A DNA stretch of 60,566 nt, counting the filler, from Hausera hauseri (taxonomy: Eukaryota), in assembly GCA_046269625.1 (NCBI GenBank). It is 11 parts of 11 records of this genome, joined end to end, with 100 filler letters (N's around TTAATTAATTAA, not from the genome) between each part and the next. Parts side by side here need not be neighbours in the genome. Positions count along the whole stretch, not along the records: positions 51,342 to 56,267 come from JBJURY010389590.1; positions 56,368 to 60,566 come from JBJURY010705993.1; 9 more parts are not named here. One strand, given 5' to 3'. Under the pieces are notes generated by a model. The model was given only the letters and a program-made list of their open reading frames with translations, made no database searches and was not told the origin of the DNA. Shown here in pieces: positions 51,342 to 60,566 of this stretch (positions are counted from its first letter, which is position 1; the number at the start of each line of letters is the position of its first letter). A program made the translations under genes and the position numbers.

Positions 51342-52862
51342 AACGAGGGACTACGGCCTCTATTTTTCGTAATTTTAAGTATGAGTGGTTCTAAAAATTC
51401 TTCCTTCTCTTCAACGTCCTTTTCCTCGGTTTTCTTTTCCCCGGTATGCTCCGGTTCTACTTCCGTAGCTGCTTTATCCAGAGTCTCAAGTTTCTCTGTC
51501 TCCTTGCTAATCTTAGGAAGGTTCTTCCTTCGTGCCATGTCAGTGAGCCTTCCCGGGGCGATAGAATGTTCGTATTCTGTTTCGGGTTCGCGCAGGCCAT
51601 GGTAGACTTCCATTAGCCGTAATTTATGTTCATATTCGTTTCTAGCCACTAAAACTTTAGGGTCATTAGATTCTGGCTGGCCTTTTAAAAAACGTCGTAA
51701 GTCTTGTATCTCAATAATCATACCCGTATCTCTACGGCCGCCATAAATTGCTTCTAGGTTCTCATTCCTTATTACGTTAGTTTTACAGGGTTCTACAAAC
51801 GAGACGCTTCGCGGATTCGGACAGGACCTCGCTATGTGTCCTTCTTGTCCACATGTAAAACATACTAGATTGCCGTTTCTTCTAACCCTTTGACGACCAT
51901 CTTCATTTAATGGAGATTTAGATCTGCTCGGATTTCTATTGTAATTTGCTGTTGTGAAGCCTGTCTAGGGTCTCCATACTGACAATTGTCATAATTCCGG
52001 TTATCGCTCTGTCGGTTTCCACTGTTAAAATTCCTTGGGCCGTCTATGCGTCTGTCCGCATTATAATTCGCTTTATTCGAATAGCTATTCCGGCCAAAAT
52101 TCTGACTGTATCGATCGTTCATACGATTATAATTATCGTTTCTGTTGTGATTTCCGTAATTCTTATTATACCGTCTATCATTTCTATTATTGCGGTTCCT
52201 ATCGTTTCGATCGGCTTGGCCATTATTTCTATCGTTTCTGTCATTGTTTCTGGCATATCTATCCAATGCCATTTCCAAATCCTGAGCTAATTCCAATGTT
52301 CTATCAAAATTCTCGGAACGTGCAAAAATCAACTGCCTTACTATATCTTTAGACCATATACCATTTATTAGCTGCGTCATCATCATGACGTCCAAATCGG
52401 GAGGACTTGCTTTTCTGCGGCTTCGTGTTCTGCTTCATTTTTAGCCTTTGCTATGTTTGCAATCCTCAAGGTGCTTACGTAACTGTTTGTCAATTTCTTT
52501 AAGGCGAAAGCAAATTGGGTTATCGATTCACCCTTTTGTTGAATTCTATTTTGGAAAGCCAGAAGTTTTTATTGCTGGGTTACGGTTGGTAGCAATTTCC
52601 GATTCAAGGCTCTTACCAGTGAGGACCAGGTCTTCTTCTTATCATCTGTGAGTTCACTATAGGCATCTGCGGCCAAATTCTTTAAATATAGCGATAAACG
52701 CTTAATCATTACGTTAGCTGCTAGTCCAGCACCTTCTGCGTGCAACTTGTACGTCCTTAAAAATTCATTGAGTCCATCCGGATCTCCGTCATAGGCGGGC
52801 AAATTTAACGAGTCAAACGTAAAAATATCCAATTTTTGGGCTACTGCCTGGTTTTCTGTCAT
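51342..52862 (-). pseudogene. Ty3/Gypsy-type Gag (capsid + CCHC knuckle) continuing into the accessory region
   Basis: LPAYDGDP..LNEFL..Y, YLKNLAADAY, QQKGESITQF, QLING; CFTCGQEGHIARSC at about 51821-51862, then open into ORF 51721. Confidence 0.88.
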
Positions 52863-53275
52863 TGCTTCGACGCTTAATAACTTAGGTTTAATTAGTTTGC
52901 GAACTTTAATTTTTTTCTCAGGGACTTTAAACTCAATTGGCGGATTAACAGCGTTTGCTTCGATAACTTTATTATCAGTTAAATTTGATTCCGATAACGT
53001 ACGTCTAATCCACGTATTCCCTTCCTTAATAAGTCTATTTCGTGTTTCACGAACGTTGATGTTCTCCTTACCGTTTAAAATAAGATTTAAATTTTCGTTT
53101 GACTGTGGTCTGTCAATATCCGTTCGTACTTTTAAATGTGTCGTTAGTAATCCTGAGGGTTTTCAATCTAAAATTTTAGTCTCTCAATAATCTACAATCA
53201 ATTACTCGATGTGGTAGCGCTGATCGCTAATGTGTCGTTACTTTTCACTAAAGTCAAGTCTAGCAAGTGCAAACT

Positions 53276-53293
53276 GTCCTGCTAGGGTCGCCA
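53276..53293 (-). other. Primer-binding site, tRNA-Arg-like
   Basis: TGGCGACCCTAGCAGGAC, 2 nt after the LTR end TAACA. Confidence 0.85.
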
Positions 53294-53295
53294 AA

Positions 53296-54076
53296 TGTTA
53301 ATGGTTAGGGTGGTCCTTATCCAACGCCCAACTATAACTTTTATTCCACTGTACTCTTTAATTAGCAGATAAGATCTAACGTTCTCGTTAGATGGTTTGC
53401 ACTTTATTTAATTGTGTGTACTGCTTGCAGTGCTTGCGTAGTTTACGAACGTCTAGTCTTAGCTATACAATTTATTTGAATTTATTTCTTAGTGTGGTCC
53501 AAGTCCCTCTTAAGGAGCGACGAAAGAAAAACTATAAAGATTTTACAAATGTACAAATTTATTAAAATAAATACCACACACCGATAACGTAATAGACTTC
53601 AATAATTTCGAGCCTTTCAGATATCTCTCGCAGCAATGTTCACAAGTTCTCTTCAACCAATTTAGAATTTTGTAATCACTGTTGAATTCTCTGATTTCTG
53701 AATCTACTTCGTCCAAATAGCTAGTCGCAAATTTTCTCTTACAATTTTTCTGTCCTCTGACGTTCTGAACGCTCGTTTATATAGTAGCTAGTTTGACTGT
53801 TTATTCGATATTTCCGTTTTCATTAAATTTCTTTAAATTTTCCGACAATTCAATTTAATATTCGGTTTACACTATTCCATATATTTACATTTTAAACCAC
53901 TATTTACATCAAATAAGTCATTACTGATACTGGAACTGTTTACAAAATTCGTAATTTTCGATTATTTGCACTTCAATCTAAGCAAAGCCGGCCTTTTTGA
54001 GATACACTCATAAAATAAACATATACAATTGATTGAATTTCGGCCTGACTTCACTCTACTTGGTAATTTCACAACA
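53296..54076 (-). mobile_element. 781-bp LTR
   Basis: TGTT...AACA termini, PPT on one side and PBS on the other, TATATAAA near 53776-53783, AATAAA sites downstream. Confidence 0.88.
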
Positions 54077-56267
54077 TTTCTCCTCCCTGATCGGCACTCT
54101 CGAATGTGCCCATTGCGTCAGTAGAGGTGCCGTGAGCTGGTCGTAGTCTCTCCATTCGTTCACGTAAGTCCGTTTCCGAATCTAAGCCACTCGGTATTTG
54201 CAAGTCGATATTATAGGACGTACTAGGCCTTTCTTGGAATATCTCTACTATCTTGTTATTTTCTCCATTTGAATAATATCTCAACCTTGTGGCTTCGGCC
54301 CTACATACTGGGCAGGTCGTCTTCCCATTTTCCAGGGTCCACGTTTTTAAGCAATATCTGCAGTACTTATGACTACAGTCCTTATTATCCAACACCACAA
54401 ATCCTTGGTATAAATCTGCGTCACAAACTGGACATTCCTCTTTTTCGGCGGCGTCAATGTCTACCAAATCTTCGTCTACCTCGATTCTTTCGAATACTAA
54501 CCCTTTTTGATTCTGATATAGGTATCCATACAACCGTTTCTGCTTTGGGTCTATTGAACTCTTTCGTGGATCATCTGATACTGCGACGAGAGTCCATTCA
54601 ACGATTTCTTGTTGGTCTAGATCTGGTATTCCTGTCTTTTTATATTGTCTCTTCAGTTGTATTCGTACTCGAGTGTCTACCGGAACTGTTAATCTATGTG
54701 TACCGCTTCTTGACTGGAATACAGGAGCCAAATATCTGCCTACATTATAGTCTTCTTTCGCATACCCATTTCCACTGACTATCCTTCTTGGAACGGTGGA
54801 TACGCAAAATACTGCTTCTTTTATCTTGCCTTTACTATAATACTCTGCCATTACCAAGATGCGTTTGTACGTTTTAACTTCACCAAATTCATTTACGGTG
54901 ATCGGGAGGTCTTCTCATGGATTCAGGTGACGGTGGTTAACCTTCTTCTTGGGAGTTTCAGGTCTCGCGGCTTTTGATCCTTTTTCGTGCTTGTCGCTTC
55001 CCTTTTGTAAATCCTTACTTTCATCTGCTTGTTCTTTTATGACTGATTGGTTTGTAGCTCGTATTTGTCCTTCCGATTGATTCTTATTAGTTTTACTTCT
55101 TTTTATATGGATATACTCGAGGAAAGAGGTCCTCGTCTTGGGTCTTTTCATTTTCTCGGATTCTGTGAGCGGGCCTTTAGATTTTTCTTTTTCTTTGCTC
55201 GTTGAGGTTCTAATTTGACTGGTGGAGTCTCCTTGTGAACTATTTTGGATCGTTATACGGAATCGGTCTTGGCCTTGAGCTTCTACTTTTCTATAACTTG
55301 GGTATTCACTGAATCCTCGTCGGAATTTCTGTATCAGCTATTTGGGGTTATTGTCAGATATTACATTTATATTATTATCTTTGGGCTTCCATTCATGGTC
55401 CCATCGCAAATGATCATAAATGTCCTTAATAAATTTGGTCCGTTGGCTAGCCGTCATTAATTTAGGGAATTTGTACTGTCTTCCATTCATAGCTTCGAGC
55501 ATTGTTTTGAATTGAGATTCGCGTGATGCGGATGGAAGTAAATGTCCGTTCTTACGCATGAGGGTATTTTATATTTGGTTCACTACAATTGGGTTTCGGC
55601 TTATCTCTCGGATACCTGCGATGTATTCTTGCCTGATTCCTAGTCGTTTCAGTGCTTCGTGGGTCTGGAATCCCGTAACGATATAACCATACAGGCAATG
55701 ACTGATGTCCTCCTGAATTTCTAAGAAATCTTTTCCTCTTTCCAGTTGGAGCTTTGTAATTCCTGTAACATCGGGGAACGTGTCTTTAATTCTGACTCGT
55801 GGTGCAATTATTTTATTCAAAATATCCTCTCCGTTCACATTTCTGATGGATACCTCAATCGGAAAATACCATACATCGTCCTTTTCTCCATAGTTAACCG
55901 CGAATATTCGTGTATTCCGGCCATCTGGAACCAATCTGTATGATTCTCCGTTTTGCACTATCTCATCCTCCGTAGGCTTCTGTAAGTATAGTAAATGGGG
56001 TAGCGGTTTCATTAATTCGGATCGCCAAGTCATTTCGATCATGATTTTTGTTGGTATATCTCCTATTCTGATTTCTAGGGCGTATTCCATCAAGCTAAAG
56101 CAACATAATTCGTATGTGCTAAATTTCCACTGCTGTCCCTTCTGTGTACTCCAAGGTTGCCCTTTTATTCGGTATTGTAATTCTCCATCTGCGACATGAA
56201 TATAGAGTTGTTGGTGTGTTGGTTCGTAAGGTACCAAATCTCTCAGTTGGTAGGTGTGAGCATCTTT
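54069..56267 (-). pseudogene. 3' accessory frame: cupin-like, inactive DEDDh exonuclease-like, linker, C3HC4 RING
   Basis: Four ORFs in one frame separated by single stops. EVSIRNVNGEDILNKIIAP..I.D..PDVTGIT..L..GKDF.EIQ..I. CPVC...CSHKYCRYC...W...CPVC. The stop lies inside the LTR. Confidence 0.8.
54077..54088 (-). other. Polypurine tract
   Basis: AGGGAGGAGAAA immediately before TGTTG. Confidence 0.8.
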
Positions 56268-57133
56268 NNNNNNNNNNNNNNNNNNNNNNNNNNNNNNNNN
56301 NNNNNNNNNNNTTAATTAATTAANNNNNNNNNNNNNNNNNNNNNNNNNNNNNNNNNNNNNNNNNNNNTTAAAAAATCCTGGATCCGCGCCTGATTATGGT
56401 ATCAGTTTAATGGAACTATTGAAGTAAACTAAACTTTGTATCGAAATTAGTATATTTGCAGATATTACTTTTGTTATTACTTACAAGGAAATATTTCTTG
56501 CTGACACATAGGGATTTATCACAAATTGTCCGAGACTTTCAAAATATAATGTTGAGTAATAATATGGAAAAACGTTTTGCCAAAGAATCCAAAATAACGC
56601 AAGTGGAGCTTCTAAATTTGACTGTCTTTTCCACATTTTCAAATCTCTCCACTGCATTTAAGAATTTGGAACGTTTATAATACTTTGTTCGTTTTCTCGA
56701 GATAATATTCTTTTAAAATTCGATTTATAAAGTCTTCTGCGTGTTATGTCGAAATACAAAACTCATCTATCATGCGGCCTATTGTCTGTGATCACTCATG
56801 TACATTGACATACATTTTAGAATATGCAATTGTTAATTGGACGAATACAGATTTTAGACTGGCGGAACTTCTAGAAAACACTGTTAAAAGAACATGAGCT
56901 TGAGAACATGAACAAAATGTTGTCAACGTTGTGGTGCCCACATTCACCCAATAGGAGACAAAATTATACATAGTCATTTTGTTTGTTTAAATATTCGTAC
57001 TCACTATCATTGTAAAAATTTCAAATGAAATAAAAATTATGGTAGTTTACATATGATTTATAATTTTCTTCGAATTTGAAAGATATAGCACATTTGTAGT
57101 TCGTAAAGCCGCAGTTCTATTCTTCTTCAAACC

Positions 57134-57698
57134 ATGAATTTCGAAGCTTCAGGTACTTTGGAATATATTCGAATTGAAAAGAGATAATCATTGGTTTTAA
57201 TCTATGGGGTGAAAAACCAATTTGTTTAACACAATTGTTGAGATCAGTACTTTCGGAATTTTACGTAAACATAATTGATCGTGCCATTACCGATTTACAA
57301 ATGAATCGTTTTCAATGCAATTCAAAATAAATGAAAGTGTTACACGATAACAATATTTTACTAAAACAAATCGTTCGTTGTGAAATAATCAGAAAAAGCG
57401 ATGCTGAACAACTGTGTAAATATATTCTGCAACCGACCTCAAATTTTTCGTATCTGGACCAATTGACGTTTCTCGACCAATCGACCATTCTGTTCCTTGC
57501 GGCGATCCATCATCGCAAACTCTCGTGCCATCGAAGTGTTCAACTGATCTCGATGATGTTCCGTCCACTACAAATTTATCCGGTGGAGGAAATAAGGAAA
57601 TTAAGAAACGTTATTCAAAATTCCTAAACGTATTGTGGAGAGACTTGAACAAGAGAAAAATGCTTATGAGAATACAAAATATACAAATAACATGCACG
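57134..57698 (+). pseudogene. Ski/Sno/Dac-domain pseudogene
   Basis: EIIIGFNLWGEKPICLTQLLRSVLSEF...C..*MKVL..NNIL....CEIIRKSDAEQLCKYIL matches the Ski homology region. One frameshift and one stop. Confidence 0.75.
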
Positions 57699-60258
57699 TT
57701 AGGGTGGGTCATAAAAATTTTTTTAAGATTTGCAATTTCGACAGAAATAAAAGTTGCTACATGTTCAGAAATATCTTTTAGAGACATAGATTTTTATGTC
57801 CACGTCTTCACATGCCGCCACGCTCCTGAAAATATTCCCTATGCTGGATTTTATGTAGGCATACAAACTACAGACAACCCTTTGTTCTTGGATCAGCCTT
57901 GGTACACAATCACATTACTCATGCATACAGCATAGAGTTAAGATGAAATGTATTAACACAAAATCTTTATTGATGCAGTTAAACTATAAATGATAGTCGA
58001 CAATTATACTTAAATGACCAATTATGAAAATGAAGTGTTATATATCAAACGATTATTTAATTATGTTCAAGTTCCTTGTTTTATTTTGTCTTTCAGTCTT
58101 TTTTGACGTTATTTTTCTGGACAACAGTTTGGCTCTAATAAAACCATCTCGCCTCATTTCAACACAAACGGCAGTACAAACCGTCTCACTTCTGTTTGCT
58201 TATTCTTCAAACGCTGAATCCTGCTAACACCAAAATCTCTGATCTCTCGTCTTTCATCGACCAGCATAGATAAGAGAACATTCTCTGGATGTGTAAAAAC
58301 TCCGTTCAGCTGCAGGCACTTGTCTACTTTTGTGCGCGCATCAATGAGGAACGAAACGCGAGAATTTTACCATTCGACAGAAATGTTTTGCCCAATTGCA
58401 GCACTGCGATTCAAACTTGATTGAAAACTACATAGAGTCATAAACTTGCAAAATGTATTCAGTTCGAAGAAATTTAGGGGACGGAAAGAGGGTCGAGATA
58501 TACAGCTGTAAAATTCTCTTGGCTGTCGTCAATCAACACGAATGTATCAACGGGCCAGGCTGTCTTTTAGCTACACTGTCTGACACATGACCAGCTTCAG
58601 TACCTTTGCATATATCATACAGATATTTTTGGTCTTTTCTTAAGTCTATTTAATAAACATCCTGTATCATGAGTAACAAGTTGTTTTGCCTTGACTCAAT
58701 GTTGAAAACAGACAACTCATGACACTTCTTCAGCGAATTTTCCAATTTACCAGTAAATGCTCTTAGTTCTAGCGCCGCCCCGTCTAAATACGTCATCGTT
58801 GCAATGGAATAGGCAAATGAATCGCTGCCATGGTGATTAATGTGTAGCTCTATTAGTCATATGACTATACTATTAACGTTGGTGTTAACGTTTGCTCATC
58901 GCATCCAATTGCAACTAACCTGTCTAAAGTGACGTCATGATCTTGAAAGAAGTCAACAATTGCTGTATGAGCATCAGAAGATGAAAACTGAACTAAGTTG
59001 TTCTAATAAAGCTCATCAATGACAAAACCTGTTCAATCAATTGAAGGCAAGGAAACTGTACGATTTTACGTCCATCAAAGTAGACCGATATAGGGCCATG
59101 TGATGACGATGATGATTGGGCTTTTTGTGTCAAATCAGATCTCAGCTGCTCTCTTTTTCTCCTTAACTTAGCGCGGACAATCATAACGTTTTTACCAATC
59201 TTGTTTGTAGCTCCAAAATCACCAAGAGCTGCTGTGACGATTGCTGCTCCTGATGCATTATAAACACATTATCTGTCGCAGTGTCGAGCAACAGTAGGAA
59301 ATTTTATCAAATTTCGTTTACAATGAGGTTCCGATGATTCAGAATCTTAAGTATAACATACCTTTCACATTTCATGGAGTCCCCTTCTTCACCACTATAG
59401 TCTAAAGTGTTATCTGCATCAGCACACTTCCTAGTACTGCATTCACTTACTGATTCTGTCTCCTTTACTGCATAATATCTCTGTCACTTCGAAGCACTTT
59501 CAGCCTTTTTCACTATTTTGGCCGTTGTTTCTTTGTCTACGCTGCCAGCTATAATTTTTCTTCATCCTTTTTGATAAATCAGAAACTCCCTTTCTAGAAT
59601 TGGTACCTGCAGTGGCACGCAGCAGCCTCAAACAGTGCTAGGGCATCATTTCTAAAAGCTGACATAGTTGCCACTTTTGCATTGATTTCCTTCTTCAAGG
59701 TGTCTTTTAGATGTTGATGAAAAAATTGAACTTTGTTTTCAATCCTACGAAGAGACCCAATAGGAATCCCGGCTGTATTCCATATACTAGATATTCTGTC
59801 AGCAACTATAACAACAATATAAAATGATTTTTTATTGACAGTCATGTCCGACTGAATAAATGAATAAAAACATTACATCTCTGACTGTTAGTAGTTGATT
59901 GCGAGGTAGTTCGTTTGCAGTATATGAACAGAATAAGTCGTCTTTGCACGCGTTGTTGCCATTGTTAATGCACCTCAGAATGACGAATAAACGGTGTAAA
60001 AAATAATGAAGCTTTAAAATACAAAATCAATACGAAATGAAATACAGTTAGCACATTATACAAAGTAATTAGAAATTGCAAATCAATTTTAAATAATTAC
60101 CGAATATAAGTAAAACTGTACGCCTAACACCATCTTCAAGGCCCCAGCGGCAAGTGAAAATGGATTGTTTACAACTTTTTTCTAATTCCTGATTAATATC
60201 ATATAAGAGCAACTTTTTAGAACTACCGAAAAAAATTTTTTCATATGACTCACCGTAA
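57699..60258 (-). mobile_element. hAT (hATm-like) transposon, decayed transposase about 59962 to 58100
   Basis: TIRs TTAGGGTGGGTCATA / TTACGGTGAGTCATA (13/15 match). VYFDGRK, AIGCD, LDG...FTGKLE, TAKRILQLY, HPENVLLSMLVD. No clear TSD. Confidence 0.75.
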
Positions 60259-60566
60259 TATTCAGGGTGAACAACAAAAAACCAAACCGTTTTCGTCAAA
60301 GAATATTTGGAGGTCACTAACAACCTGAAATATATAGTTTACCATCCAAAACATGGGACTACATAATATTATTATATGGATTTTAAATTCTCATATTTCG
60401 TGGATAGTTAGTGATTTTCAGGTATTATTTAAAAAATGATTTATAATAGAAAATGAATAAAAACGCCTACAGTGACCTCACAAATCAAATGTAAAAATTC
60501 GTAAATTATTACGAATTATTTGTAAATGATTACGAAATGTGAAATTAAATGAGGTTAGGAGAATCA

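Noticed and set aside
57525-57935. 136-aa ORF as the Ski SAND domain
   Set aside because: From 57699 the sequence is the hATm terminal region, so the ORF is chimeric.

Overview
This is not one locus. It is 11 short, unplaced contigs of an AT-rich animal genome joined by artificial 100-nt linkers (N44-TTAATTAATTAA-N44), so adjacency across linkers is meaningless. The 40-44 nt introns and the repeat content suggest an invertebrate, possibly a flatworm, but that is inference. Contents: (1) a teleost-like contig with a PIF/Harbinger transposon; (2) decayed Polinton/Maverick segments (pPolB in three contigs, a capsid/penton/integrase/ATPase block, dUTPase, RING genes, two further A32-like ATPases); (3) host genes and remnants: NDUFS8, a C-type lectin-PAN gene, an LRR fragment and a Ski-like pseudogene, plus Tc1, hATm and gypsy remnants; (4) the main result, several pieces of a giant Ty3/Gypsy-type retroelement lineage. 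Overlapping contigs at 44.9-56.3 kb reconstruct LTR (781 bp)-PBS (tRNA-Arg-like)-Gag (CCHC)-long accessory region (ubiquitin-like domain, AT-hook)-internal signal peptide-chuvirus-like glycoprotein-protease. The envelope therefore sits between gag and pro, apparently in one polyprotein. A 3' cupin / dead DEDDh exonuclease / RING frame reads through the PPT into the LTR. A related lineage has 3-4 kb LTRs, and one of these appears to contain an intact 903-aa ORF built from the same accessory modules. Domain calls come from motif recognition by eye; no searches were run.
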